Shown: piece by piece, positions 34,012 to 47,795 of the stretch
Numbering within the stretch: position 1 is the first letter of the stretch
How the letters are laid out: every line of letters starts with the position of its first letter
Source: Hamiltosporidium tvaerminnensis FI-OER-3-3
Taxonomy: Eukaryota; Fungi; Microsporidia
Direction: 5' to 3'
Length of the DNA: 64,000 bases
Assembly (NCBI GenBank): GCA_022605425.2
Contig: JAKIMF020000001.1
Coordinates: 2,542,001-2,606,000, forward strand
Notes under the pieces: generated by a model
Told to the model about the DNA's origin: nothing
What the model saw: the letters and a program-made list of their open reading frames with translations, nothing else
Database searches by the model: none
Made by a program: the position numbers and the translations under genes

Positions 34012-35003
34012 GGCATTAAGAGTAAAAATTTTATTGTTCTCAAAAGGAGATATTAAAATTTACAATTCAAGATAAATTTCTAGAAAAAAAATTTTTTTGT
34101 TTGAAAGAGACGTTTGGAAAAAAAATTTTGACTTTGTATTCAAATTTTTTGTTTCTATTATGTTATAAATTTTTAATTTTTAAAAATATAAGTTTCTTCC
34201 ACGTGATTTACGTTTTTATGATTTTACGTTGTTAATAGGGCTTTGAATTTGGTATTAAATTTAGCCAAATATTTTATTTTTAAGCTTTTTTTAGGTACAC
34301 AAACTCTTTATAATTATTTTTAAAAAAATAGTAGAACAATTTTTTTCAACATCAAATTTTTGAATGACTCAATATATCTTTCTAACTTTTTTATTGGTAC
34401 GTAATTTTACATTAAATCTCTTCCAAAAACAACTTTTTTTATTTTAATAATATAGTTTAAATTTGTTCGCTGGTTTAATGCTATCAAGACCTAAAATATG
34501 TATTACGATATATTGATTATGAGCTTATTTTATTATATAGAAGATTATGAAATCCCTTGAAACAGAAAAAAGCTTAATAAATGAAAAAAAGCCATATTTT
34601 CTATGTTTTTTTAGAAGTTGAATAAGCTTAGGAATTAATCAGGTACATATATTATACAATGTAGTTATGTCACTACGACGAATCGTCTCGAAAGGTTTAA
34701 TAGATGTGAAAAACTTAGGATAATAAAATTATATAATTCCGATCAAGCACAAGATTCTTATGATTTGTTCAAAAATCTTAAATAACTAATGGTAATATGC
34801 AGAAGTCGAATATGAAACACTTTTAAGCGATTCAAGCGTTCAAAATTATATGAAAATTAAATTACAAAGCAACACTGTTAGATCGTAGCATTATTGCATA
34901 TATAGCGAATAAATATTTCTTTGCAGTTTTAACCTTGTAATTTCTACTTTAGATTTAGCCAACATTTCGTTTTAGATTTTGTTTTTAAGCCGTTTTAATA
35001 ATA

Positions 35004-35219
35004 GTTACGCATTCCATTCCTCTTTTACCTCTCGGTGCCAAGTATAAACACCTGGAAATTTATCAATCGCTTCTTTTTATCTGCTGTAACTCGGGAAATA
35101 GGGAATCGGCCTATAGATACACTGTGGTTTATATCCCACCAAATGTCAAAATTATTTTCACATCAATTTCACATACTCATTGCCAACAAATAGTTTTGAA
35201 AAGTGTATTTTCTTCTACC
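35004..35219 (-). mobile_element. short-form element (~220 nt): shared head plus RTE-type tail, with TSD
   Basis: Head TTGGCAATGAGTATGTGAAATTGATGTGA..TGGTGGGATATAAACCAC; tail CACCGAGAGGTAAAAGAGGAAT; TSD CCGTTTTAATAATA (34990-35003) / CCGTTTAATAATA (35220-35232). Confidence 0.85.
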
Positions 35220-36759
35220 CCGTTTAATAATACAATATAAATTTATACTTGAATTAAAGTTTAGACTCTTTTTTGAGTAAAATTTATTTATGTCCTCAAT
35301 CCTAATTGGATACACAAGTTATACTTAAATTATTACATGTAAATTTCTACTGTATAAATTAAAAAATTTGTAATAATTAGAGTAAGATGGTTATACAATT
35401 ATTGAATTCTTCAATAAATCTCTCTTTGAAAAAGTTTTTTAGAAAAAACTTAACAACCTTTAGAGTTAATTAAAAACAGTAGAATGATATAAAAAATATA
35501 TTGTAAAGTTAAATCAGTGGCAAAAAAAGTAAAGATTGAGTTAAAACTACGAAAATTTGGGCAAAGAAAACAAAAAAGGAAAAATATACATGTGCTAAAT
35601 AATGAAATCGTACTGTAGAAGTCAAAATACTGATATGAAATGCCAAAAAAAACGAATAAACAGATCAGCGAGTGTATATAATTTTAATTAAAAGATTGAA
35701 AAATTATAGTTCGGATTATGAAATTTAAAATGTTGGGCTCTACATTATCTCTTCATTGAATATAAACTTTAGTCTCCTTCTACAGGCTTGATGGCTGATC
35801 TTATATGGCATAATATGTTAGAAAAATCTTAAATCTTAATAAATTTTGTTATGATATCGATTCATGGTTTACTATAATATCTTTCAAAGATTTACAAAAT
35901 AGAAAATATTTTAACTTCGTTTTGAAGACCACAAAAATTCTATCCTTTGAGAAACATAAGCATGGTATCGAACTGATTCGGTATGATATCCATTAAAATC
36001 GCATTTAAGTATATTTTCACATGTTTTAGATTGAAATTACTAGAAATTTTAAGATGTGTTATTTAACATTAAAGTCAATTTAGAAGAAACACATTTTTCA
36101 GATTGCTAGAAAATGAGCAAAACAAAGTGATTTATCATTACTTCAGATTTTCTGAGAGTTTGAATAGATATATTATTTTTTTTCGATCATCAGCTTTAAT
36201 ATGTTTATACCCTGTGAAACATTAAAAACCAAATAAGTGTTTTGAATTGAGTTATTTTCTGCTTATTTTTAGCTAAAATCGCATCTGATAAAACCTTTTC
36301 TGAAAAAAAAAAGTTATCAATATTTTTTTCTTGCTTCGAGAGCAGAAGCACTTCGTAACTATATTTTACATTTTAAATCACGCATTGGTTACAAAAATGT
36401 ATATCACCAGCATATATCAAAATAGAGGCTTGCATTTTTTTAATCAAATAGTCTTAGAAATTTTTTTTTGACATTTATGTTTATGGTTTTTTAAGAGAAT
36501 GTGGCCTAATATTTCAATTCATAGAATCAACCAGGTCTAACCAAAGTAATTTAATAATATTTTATTCCACAATTTACAGCTTAGTTAATAAATAGAAATT
36601 AGTTAAGCATTAATTTTAAGTTGAGATTGTGCATTCAAAATTTAAAATTTTATAAAATTTCTTTGGGGCATTACACTTATTTATTATGTCGAAATCTTTG
36701 TTATTCAATCGTACTGTAAAAACGAAGTTTCATAAACAGATAAAAATATTTTCAATCCA

Positions 36760-39700
36760 CGATTTTAGATTGTTTACCTATCCTCTTGTTACTACTTTGA
36801 GCTACTTAAAATAAGAATAATTTTTACCTTATTAGTTTCCAAAGCTTGAGATATACTTCTTTTCAACCTATCTTCATTTGTATTGATCATAATTATGTTA
36901 AAAAGGTTAGAACTCTGTTGTACATAATTTTCCTCACCGTTTGGCAAACAATCCTTTTCTTCATACTCCATATTTCGACATATATATTTTAGGTTCTTCT
37001 GGCGTGATTTTTCTGGGAATAGAATGTATAGTGTCTTTTGTTCCAACACGTTTGACACCATTTTTTTAGTTACTCTTTCGTTTCAAAAGAAATATTGGTT
37101 TTTTGTATATCTAGGCTCTCTTAATAACACCCATTGATGCCCTTTCTCAGCTATTTTCAGTATTTTTTCTGGACCCAAGTTCTCTCCGTCGATAAAAGGA
37201 AAAAGTCTCGACTGTCTTCTTAAGCCCAATCAACTGAACGTATGCATTTAAAAGCATTGGTTTTTTTACACCTTTGAGGTATGAGTTATGGTATTTTGTC
37301 CCAAGACTGTCCAAATTATGACTTAAGAAGTTGCCTCGACAACTGCCTTAAAAATAAACTAAACCAAGTATAAAATCAATTTTCCAAGCGTTTTGTAAAG
37401 TTTTTACTTCTTATTTTAGTTCTCTTGTACCTATCGGTGTTGAGGCGTTTTAAATTAGGCATAACCAAATCTTAAGAAGCAATTCCTACTTCAATTAGTA
37501 CCATCATATTTTTATTTTATAAATAAATATATCAATGTATTATCATTATCTCGAATTTACAAATCGAATTCTATTCTAGTTTAGAGTTTTAGTAATCATA
37601 CTTTTAATGAAGAATTTCTAGAACTGATTGAACTTTAATTTATTTAATAGGATAAATTTGTATCAATTTTAAAAGCAATTGTAAGTAAACTAGTAGTTCA
37701 TTAAGTGTCAGTTATAGTCATGTGCTAATATTTTAAATATCGAGTATTCAAATGATCTAATGTTTTAGCAGACTACGGCGTTTTATCATTTTTCCTCTGC
37801 TTCCTTTAGTTAATTTCAATCTTTAATATAACAAAACATAGATTAACCATGACCATATATTGTTGCTTTTTAAATATTCTAAAGAGTCAGCAACATACCA
37901 AGCTCATATTTCTAGCATAAAATTACTTTAAATAGGGTTTTGGGTTTTCTATTTCTTTTTATAAAGCAGCTAGTTATGCTTTTTCTAAATTCTTCTCGAG
38001 ACTTTGGCTTAACTTTCATATTTCAATTTAAGAAGAAAATTATTGGGACAAGGCGAAACACAAATCCTTTTTTTGTTAAGATTTTTTCTTCTGGTTTATA
38101 CATCTATACCTTTTTTTCCAGAAAATCCAAAAGTTGCAGATTTATATCTTGCATTCGCAACTCCAAAAAGTGTTTATTTCCAAATCATGCTTGAGAAACG
38201 TTAATAAGCGCTTTTAAAGCGAAGCAACGTGTATTTATACCCAAATAAAACCATGTGCATTTCATCATAAACTTTAGAAAGTCACCAAGTAAGTCAAAAT
38301 ACATCCATATTATAGTTTATTTAGAAAGCTAATGTTATTATCTTCTAAAATTTAATTGTTGAATTTTGCGTGACAAGACCTTTTGATTCTATCTGATCGT
38401 TTATTAATACTTCTTAGAGAGACCTGCGAGTTGGGATTCTTCTAATATCTTCTATTGTTCCGAAATATTTATAAATACCACTGTTTTTAGGAGAGTAGCA
38501 GTATCTCTGCAATACGTTAATTTGTGGCCAAATTCTTTTTCGTTATCTCAAATCCAACAACCTTTATAATTTTTTTAGCCTCTGCTTGCCTAGATCCCAG
38601 TATTCAGCTGTCTAATCTAAGCGCCAAAGTACCCAGTTTTCAAGATTAGATCGGTCTTGCAAAAAACAGCTTCACAATATATAGTCACTTTTATGTACTT
38701 CGTTAAAGAGACGACACCCAAAGGATTTATATAAAACGAAAAAGCAAAGGAGGTAATATATATCTATTCAATATTCCTAATTCATGTTCATGTTTTTCAG
38801 GCCCAACTGATATATTCATTTCCATTTTGATATTGTTACCTTAATAATTTCAAAAATAAATCAGGTTATTTTAGATTTAAATGTATAAAGTTCATTGTAT
38901 ACTTTTGATGATAGGCCTTTCTGACATTAATACACATTTCTCATGATTTATTCTATATTTCTTTTAAAGAGAAAAACCCAAAAATTCAGCTCTTTTGCAC
39001 TTCGTACATCTATCACATAGCCTTATTTATTCTATACAGTATATTTCGATTTTTTACTTGAAAGAAACGATTTTTAAAAACATTGCCATCAGCTTAAAAA
39101 GGTTTAAAATATAAATAATTGGCCTATACATCCACATTTTATGTAGTATATCTGTAAGCGGATTATATAAAGACTATTAAAAATTTCGCCTTGGGGCTCG
39201 GCTCTCTTTCTCAAATATTAAACTTTCACAATATCAACATCATTTATGAAGAGTTGTAACTTTTTTGGTAAAGAAAATTATAGATACCATTAATTTCTGC
39301 GACTATTCAGTAATTGCCCGACTTATAATTCCTATAAATCTATTAACCGAAGAAAATATGGTAGTATGGGACTCTGAATCAAAAAGTATCAGATATCCAT
39401 CATAAGCCACCATAAGATTATCCTTGTCCCATATTGTAAACTGAATAATTACATCAAATTACAACGAACTATATGCAAGAGTTCTTCTTGCTCAACATCA
39501 TCGATAATCTATCTCGAATATTCTAAAATTACAGTTCTTTTTTCGAAATACTTCTTTCTTTCATAAACAAGAATTTATTATACCTCAACATCCAAAGAAT
39601 TATTTTTAATAGCAAAAGCCTCAGAAAAAGCATTAATACTGTATAAGTTATTTAAACTCATGCATGATTTTATTTAAGGTTTTGCCTAAGAACAGAAGAG

Positions 39701-40650
39701 AATTTTTCGGACTCGGTATTTTCGCGCATGCAATTAGAATATTAGGCACAAAATTTTTTTTATTTGTGTTTTCCCTTAATATTACTCTTGGCCTCTTTTG
39801 GTGTGTTACTTGTCATAACACAGTTGGCTTTTATTGATGATTCGGGCAACTGTTTATACCTTTTGGTCCATAAGAAACAACATATCAAGCGTTATTATAC
39901 GAATAAGATACATAACTTTATATTTCATCATTTAATTTAGAAATTATCGAGGATATTACTTTGACGATTTTCTCCTTCGAGATATGTTTGATTTTACTCA
40001 ATCATATTTCCTTCTGACTTCGGTAAAAAGTTTTATTGTGTAAGAAACATGGCTAGGTTAAATAAATTGCGATTTAACTCCTTCTCAAAATTCTTCTAAC
40101 CTGAATTTCTCCTCTGTTTTACCCGCCACTAAGATTTTTAGCACAAGAATGATTTTGGTACTTGAGAATTTCTTGTTATTATAGTACCCTGTATTCTTGT
40201 CACGGATTGCAGTGGTTTAACCAAACATTGTCTGTGCTGCAAAAAAACCAATCAAATATATTTTCCACACTAAGCCTCTACAAATTTGAGTATAAATTGA
40301 AGTACTTGGGGCGTAAAGGAATAGATATGATACAAGGAATCAATACACTAGCGACTATACCTGGTATAGAGGCTTTTAATTCTGACCGTGTAGGTAAAGA
40401 TGGGCGAGTATATGATTATAAATAAGCATATTCATGTATTTTTGTCCGATATCTTGGTGTTATGAAGGGGTATAAATTCAGGTAGTTTTTGAGGGTGTAT
40501 TTTGAGTTATCTGATTATTATTGTAGTCAATAATGCCTTTTTCCATCTAAATTGTCTTGTTTGCTACCTAAAATTTTCCCTATGCCCTTAAAACCTTTAT
40601 AAAAAAGACCTTGACTGTTGTATTAAATATAGAATCAACCCGAGAACGGT
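36760..40650 (-). mobile_element. long, heavily decayed RLE-type LINE
   Basis: 36760-37370 matches the reverse complement of the 3' region (CTTAAGAAGACAGTCGA, CAATGGGTGTTATT). 38190-38560 matches 43110-43460. The extent beyond 38700 is inferred from composition only. Confidence 0.55.
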
Positions 40651-41578
40651 AACTAGAATTTTTAAAGTTTGCTCCTTGCGACTTTTTTTTAGTAAAAACA
40701 AATCAAAAAAAGTTTTTTAAATTAAAAAACTTAAATTTTTCTTCAAATAAATTAAAAAAATTCTAAATTTGTACTTTTAGATTAAAAAACGAAATAAATT
40801 GCTTTATAAATATAAAAATCTGTAAAATAATTGAATACCATTTTTTCAATTTGTCTTCTGTTTTAATATTTCGCAGAATTATATTTAAAATAAAATTCAT
40901 TTCGAAGAATATTTTAATTAAAAATTATAATTAAAGGTGTAATTAAAAAAATTTACATAAAAAAAATGTATTTTATCTTTAAAAAAAAATATTTTGATTT
41001 TTATTTTTTTTCTTTTTGATTAATTTTTTTTTTAAAATAATTTATCCTGTAAATCACCTTTTTTCTTATTTCCTGCGGAGGTATTCATCATTCGAATTTT
41101 AAGGATACAAATTAGATATAAATTTACGCTTTTATCACATTTTCAAATAAATTTTCCAATAAATGGAACTAAACGATAGAGGAATGTAAATTTAATAATT
41201 GACGGATTCCTAAAATTTTAATTTATTTTTTCTTCTTTTTTAAATGAAAATTAATAAAAACGATTTTTAAATTCTTTTTATCAGAAATATTTAAACAGAT
41301 AAAATCTAATTTATTTTTAGAAAAATTCCAGTTTATGTAGTAACATGACCTTTAGAATGATTTTTCTAGTTTAAAATATACAGTTATTAAAATATTTTAT
41401 CTTGAAATGTTTAAAAAAAACTTTTAAACTGCATTTTAAATTAAGAAAAACGATCAAAATATTTTTAATTAACGTTTTATTAAAAAAACGAAAAACAGAT
41501 ATCAATGATTTGTTCAATGATTATTTTTCCTAAAAAGGAAAAAGCAAAAACATAAAACTCCAAAAAAGTAATCCTTGT

Positions 41579-42841
41579 ATGAAGGACATTCCTACACGAA
41601 AAAGAATTTTTATTTTGGCACTTTTATTTTTGATCGTTTTATTTCTGATTACATGTCTTTTAAAAGTAAAAATAAAAGATAAAAATTATTGTTCGAATCT
41701 TGAAAATTTGTCTGATTTAAGTTTAAAGAAAATAGCATTGAATAATAATTCTATTATTCATATTTCAGGTACATTTTTAAAAGATAAATGTATTATTATG
41801 GGATGTGATTCTTCGATTACAATGAAAGACTGTAAATCAAATTTGAAAAATAATAATTGTACGTACAACATAGACGGACGTAAATTTAAAGAATTGATTT
41901 TTAAGCCAAATATTTTCAGTTTAAATAATTTTTCTTCTGCAAAGATTTATGATATAAAATCCAAATTAAAAACTTGTTTGGATATCGAAGATGACATTTT
42001 TACTAAAATTGGACTTTATATTTTCAGAAGATTTTGTATTTATCCAAACATAAAAAATATTTTTAAACATGCCATTAAAAATGAATCAAATTTTTTAACA
42101 ATAAATATTGTAAGTTTTGGTTTAAAAAAAGAAAAATCCGATATTTTATTATTTAGAATAGACCTTGACAGTAATGACATATCAGAATTATCAAAAATAT
42201 CCAAATTGTGTGAAATATTCCAAGAAAAGAAAATAATCTATGATTTAAATTCAATAGTTCTTTTTATAGCATATTATTTTGATTACATCAATATTTCATA
42301 CGATATTAATGAAAAAATTAGAAATATTCATAGTTTGTTCAAAAAATTTTGTCTTCAAAAAAATATTCTAATAATTCATTTTCAAAAGGTAATTTTAAAA
42401 AAGTTCTACTTTCCATATTATTTTGATGTAATTTTTTTTCTCATAGAAAATTTAAAAAAGAATTTTCATTATTCAAAAAATATTAATTCTGATTTATTTG
42501 AAAAATTACTATTTTTTAAAATGTATTTTTATATTAAGAAATTCCAAGAATATTTTTTGGCTTTTGAAGCTGGTTTTTCTAATAAAATGAAAAGACATGA
42601 TTATTATTCTTATAAAAGATTAAAAAATTTCATTATACTTACCAATGAAATGTTTAATAAATTATATGATTTTAAAGAAAATATCTTAAAATTTGTATTA
42701 ATATTTGAAAAGGTATTGAAATCGGTGGTTAATGAAGATATAAAAAATATAGATGTATATTATCAGTATTTACCATTGAAAAAAGTATTTATAGCAAAAG
42801 ACAGGTTATTGTTTTATTCTATCAAAACTTTGGTTCAGTAA
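41579..42841 (+). CDS. hypothetical membrane-anchored protein
   Basis: 420-aa ORF with N-terminal TM segment IFILALLFLIVLFLITCLL. Confidence 0.75.
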   Translation: MKDIPTRKRIFILALLFLIVLFLITCLLKVKIKDKNYCSNLENLSDLSLKKIALNNNSIIHISGTFLKDKCIIMGCDSSITMKDCKSNLKNNNCTYNIDGRKFKELIFKPNIFSLNNFSSAKIYDIKSKLKTCLDIEDDIFTKIGLYIFRRFCIYPNIKNIFKHAIKNESNFLTINIVSFGLKKEKSDILLFRIDLDSNDISELSKISKLCEIFQEKKIIYDLNSIVLFIAYYFDYINISYDINEKIRNIHSLFKKFCLQKNILIIHFQKVILKKFYFPYYFDVIFFLIENLKKNFHYSKNINSDLFEKLLFFKMYFYIKKFQEYFLAFEAGFSNKMKRHDYYSYKRLKNFIILTNEMFNKLYDFKENILKFVLIFEKVLKSVVNEDIKNIDVYYQYLPLKKVFIAKDRLLFYSIKTLVQ

Positions 42842-43099
42842 TTAATAAATGTAAATAATTTTGACAATTTATAATATTTTTTTAAGTTTACAAATGCATA
42901 AATAAACTTTTTAAAACAGAAATGAAAAAAACAATCTATTTTAGTCAATTCATATATAATTCGACATTATAAAAGCAATACCTTCTTCTGTATAGTTTTA
43001 TTGCATATTTAGACACAAAAATGAACATTTTTATTTAATTTATGTTAATAGAAGAAGTATTTCAAAAATTTAAAGTTAACGAATATATTCATTTAAAAT

Positions 43100-44760
43100 T
43101 TAAAGGTGATTAAGCTAGAAATCAACAAAGAGAAGTAAGCCACAAATGATGCATGTTGCGAAGAAAATACTACTAAACTAAAGGTGTTGGTGTTTATAAA
43201 TATTTAGGAATAAGAGAAGATAGCAAAAGTAATCCAGATTTATGCTCATTTTAAGAAATACAAAGCAAACTTATAAGAAGAGTTGAAAGACTTTTTCACA
43301 TTAGATTAAACGCAAAAGTTTATTTTCTGCAATCAATCAACATGCGATATCGTTAATCAACTATCACATAGGAGTACTTCGACTTGAACCGGCTGACTTC
43401 TCTAAGTTAGATGATGCAGTGCGTGCGGTGTTGGTGAAGAATAAGATACATCTCCGCCCAGGGTGTAAAGAGCGTTTATACCTTCCTAGAGCAGAACTTG
43501 GAAGAGGCCTACATAGTGTTGAGTTGCGAAGCGAACATATGCTTCTGCAACTCTTGGATTGTCTGGAAAAAAGTAAAGAAATATCAACTAGACGAGCAGC
43601 AATCCTCAAGGTGGAGAATAATAATAAAACCCATCTTGCACTAATAAAAGGCTTCTTAAAAGTAAAGTACAGGTTGGTAGAAGAAGCTCAACTTGCAAAA
43701 CTATATAACGAAATAGAAAAACAAAAACTCCATTCAAAGTTATATAATTCAAGGGAAAATAAGCTTGTGAGCGTTAGTGACTCTTCAAGATGGCTAAATA
43801 GAGGAAATATTAGGCCACGAAATGAAGCTGTGTTCTGCTATATCCAGGATAGAAATGTATTCTGGGGAGCAGATGGTATGTGTCAAAATTGCGGGAAGTC
43901 TGGTAAGACTGTAGATCATCTTGCAACTAGATGTGAAAAAATGCTAGGCCATGTCACACCTGGCGGCATAATGAAGTGGTTAGATGCCTACACCTACTTC
44001 TTCTAAATAGATATAAGTTTAAGTCTTCAAAACGAATAAGGAGTCACTCAGTTCAAGAAATTCTTGATAATGATATGCAGAGATAATAGTGGACACCAAA
44101 ATAAAAACTAATGTTAAAATTCGGAATAACAGACCCGACATATTTATTTTATATAAGAAGAAGAATAAGATAACACTCATTGAAGTAGGAATCACTTCCC
44201 AAGATTCACTTCAAATAGTTGAAACTGAAAAACTTAGGAAGTATGACCTGCTAGCCAATGAGTTGGGCCTTATTTATAAGTGTAGTGTTGAGATAATCCC
44301 TTATGTGATGACCTGGGACGGTATTGTGACAAAATACCATAGATCTCATCTCAAAAGACTAGAAATACCCATGGATGTAGAGGCATACAATCAGGCTATA
44401 GTTCTTAAGAAGACAGTCGAAACCATTTCCTTTGATCGAAAAAGAGGACTTGAGTAAAAACCAAATGCCGACAAGAGCTGGAGAGAGCCTCAATATGTGT
44501 CATTAAGAGAACAGAGATACACGAGGAACCAAAACTCCATAAAAAGAAGAGAAGAGAGGGGGAGATAATGATGCAAAAAATTTAAAAGCAAAAAATAATA
44601 CACTCCTTATTTCCGAAGGAAAATCCACGTTAGAGCAAGCGACGATAAATATAAATGAACAGTCGGTGTTTAAAGAAGAAACATCAGTGGTAAAATAGGT
44701 AAAGGAAAATGCATAAAAAAAGTAAAAATATTTTAGACCAGAAATATATTGAATAAAAAT
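43100..44760 (+). mobile_element. 5'-truncated RLE-type non-LTR retrotransposon (RT C-terminus, CCHC, RLE), frameshifted
   Basis: YKYLG, ERLYLPRAELGRGL, CQNC..DHLATRC, NRPDIFIL..LIEVG, EKLRKYDLL; near-identical to 531-1371 over the shared part. Confidence 0.92.
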
Positions 44761-45242
44761 TTAATTAAAAAATTAATTTAGATAATAATCTGAACAAAAA
44801 AAAACTAAAAAACTAAAAAACTAAAAAACTAACAAAATATAAGAAACTATAAAAACGATTTTAATAATTGTAGTCGTATTTGAAATAAAAACCACATTTT
44901 CTTAATATGATTTGAACAGACTCAACAATTTCTTTTTTAAATGAAATTTCATCTAATCATGAACAGAATTTATCATTTAAGAGTTAATGAGAATCCATAC
45001 ATATTTTGTAGAATTACGAAGGATAAAAAAGATTTTAAATTAAAAAACAATATTTTAAATTTCTAAATCTTACTGATTTAGAGTATAGAGTATAAACATC
45101 GATATTGTATAAGCTTTCTACAGTGGTAAACATATTTTTAAGGATTTTTTAATTTTGAGAATATTTTCAGATCTAAATGATCTAAATAATCAACGTATCG
45201 TATATGACCTTAAAATTTATTTAGAATAATTGTGATTGGCTT

Positions 45243-45300
45243 TTAAGAAGGCCAGGCTATATAAGACTAAGACCAGAGCGCCATTTACTAGTAGTAGTAA
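45243..45300 (+). mobile_element. RTE 3' tail with (TAG)n
   Basis: TTAAGAAGGCCAGGCT..AGCGCCATTTACTAGTAGTAGTAA resembles the 33692 array unit. Confidence 0.6.
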
Positions 45301-46122
45301 TTGTTTTTTTAATATAAAGGCAAAGAGGAATGGGTACAATTTAGGCGACGACAAAAAAAATTAAAAACAAAGATTATAAAATAAATGATTTCCAAATGTA
45401 AAAAGATGGCGATACAGCGTAAAATTCTTATTTGAAAAAGAAAAAGTCTGAATAAAAAAATCAAAAGAAATATTAAAAAAAAGAAAATTTTTTTAAGTTT
45501 CGATTTTAGTAGAAACAAGTTAATTTAAAATTTTTCAAAATTTAAGGTAATCTAAAAATTTTTTAGAATTCACTATTTATTTTTTCAAATTTCACATAGT
45601 ACATTTATAAACCAAGTAGATTACACGATTTTATGCTTCTAAATTAATTCTATCTATGATTAGAATAAAAATGTGTTGAAACAAATTTAGCGAATGGAAT
45701 ATAAAAAAAATATTTCTGATAAATCAATATCAATTACTCAGAAAATTTATTATAAATATTTTCATTTTTTAAATTTCTTTATATTCATGTACAAATTGTA
45801 AATGAAATCTGAGTTTAAAGGTAAATATAATAGATGATTTTTACGATAAATTCTATTGTCCTCAAATCAATAAATTTCTTAAAAAAATGAAAATATTTGA
45901 AATAAATTTGATCAAAATTCGTATGAAAATATATAATTTATAAGAAATTTAGATACAAAATATATTAGAAAAATAAATTTAACTGAAGTAATATACAGCT
46001 AAAATAAAAATCGTATTGTTAAATAACTCAATAAAATATTAAATAATTTTTCTAATCAATTAGTTGATAGAATCTGTAGTTTTAAAATCAAATATTTTAC
46101 AAAAAGAAACCCACTTAAAAGA

Positions 46123-47046
46123 ATGGAAATAAAAAAAGAATTTTTACCAACATTTAAAAAACATTTATCAACAGAATATTTAAAAAATAGTATTTTTAAA
46201 GAAGAACTATCAAAAATAGGAATTTATAAATTATTAAACTATAAAAATTCCACCATTTATTCTTTTACAAAGAATACATTGAAAGTGTCATTGGTACCTT
46301 TAAAAATATCAGAAATTATATTGAAAAGCACATATGAAATAAATACAGCAATATTTCATAATTTAAATTATCAATTCTATAAATTTTTATCACTACAAAA
46401 TATAGAATTTGTTAAATTAGTTTATAAAAATAATTTATTTCAAAATATTTACAAATTCGTTAATAAATTTCCTGGAAAAGATAAAATAGAAATAATTCAC
46501 AATAAAAACTTTTTAAAATATAATTCAAATTTAATTCAAAAACCAAAAAATAGACAAATTGTTGAATTAAAAAGTAAAGAAAACAAATTTTTAACTTTTT
46601 TTAAGAATAAAATAAATTTTATAAAAGGTTTTTACAATAAAATAGAAATAAAAGAAAATGAAATAAAAAAATTAGAAAATGAAGTTTTACCAGAAATTCT
46701 TTTCAATATAAATAAACTTAACGAAATAAAATATTTTTTTGTTGAATCTGGTTTCTATCAAACAAATGAATTTTATAATAATTTGATTCAAAGTTATTTT
46801 GATTCTATTTATAATATATCACTTGTTCGATACAATAATGTAGAAAGTGATGGAATCGTAAAAGTAAATGGCATTGAATCTATAAAATTTATATTTGAAG
46901 TAAAATATTCTTTGTACGGACAAAATAATTCGTTTTTCAAAACAAAGAAAAACAAAAATTTTTTAATTCAAACAGAATTTATCAAATCTGAAGAACACAA
47001 TAATTTGTGGAAAGTAAAAGAATTTTTTTACGAAGAAATAAAGTGA
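46123..47046 (+). CDS. hypothetical protein
   Basis: 307-aa ORF with a CCC motif upstream; no confident domain. Confidence 0.7.
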   Translation: MEIKKEFLPTFKKHLSTEYLKNSIFKEELSKIGIYKLLNYKNSTIYSFTKNTLKVSLVPLKISEIILKSTYEINTAIFHNLNYQFYKFLSLQNIEFVKLVYKNNLFQNIYKFVNKFPGKDKIEIIHNKNFLKYNSNLIQKPKNRQIVELKSKENKFLTFFKNKINFIKGFYNKIEIKENEIKKLENEVLPEILFNINKLNEIKYFFVESGFYQTNEFYNNLIQSYFDSIYNISLVRYNNVESDGIVKVNGIESIKFIFEVKYSLYGQNNSFFKTKKNKNFLIQTEFIKSEEHNNLWKVKEFFYEEIK

Positions 47047-47795
47047 AACACAAATAAATTTCAACAAAAAATTTACAAAACATAATAAAATCAAGAAAAT
47101 GGAATATTTTATTTTTAATCAAATAAAAAAAAAAAAATTTGATAAATTTTTATCACATTATTCCGTAAAAAAATTAAAAGATAATTAAAAAAACAAATCA
47201 GGGTTTTTAAGAATTTATTCATTCATATCAAAAGAATATTAATTGAGAATAATCTTATAATAGATATAGTTAACTACACTTCTAAGAGTTACTTTGCTTC
47301 TTCTATAAATTATTATATATATTTTATTGTTCACTAGATTTATATTGAAAGTAAATTACTTATTAAATCAAAAAAAGAAAATTTTTAAGAATAAATATAT
47401 TAAAACTCCAATGGTTGTACATAGGAATCTAAAAACAAATTATAAAATAAAAAAATGCCTGAATCGATATTTCAATTGTAAAAATAAAATAAAAAAAGAT
47501 TTTGAGATTATTTTGAATTAAAATAGTGGAACAATAAATATTTTTCAACTTAAAAAAATAATTACGTGTGTAATTTATAGAAAATACTTGAAGCAGAAAT
47601 ATTTTAAAATTTCTGAAATAATTCGGTTTTAATTTGAAGCTGAAAATTATTTTCTTAGGAATAGAAAAATAATACGTAAATTGAAAGAATTATAAAAAAA
47701 TATTAAATATCTCTAATTTTTTTTAAATAATCGGCTAAATTATAAAATATTTTATTAAACAAAGGGATGTGATTTTCTAAACTTATTTTCTTTTT

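Noticed and set aside
41068-41095. CCTGCGGAGG resembling the SSU rRNA 3' end, with a box C-like ATGATGA on the minus strand
   Set aside because: Match is only about 9 nt, with no flanking rRNA similarity and no suitably placed box D
44795-44835. (AAAAAACT)n run
   Set aside because: Simple low-complexity slippage repeat; no evidence of function
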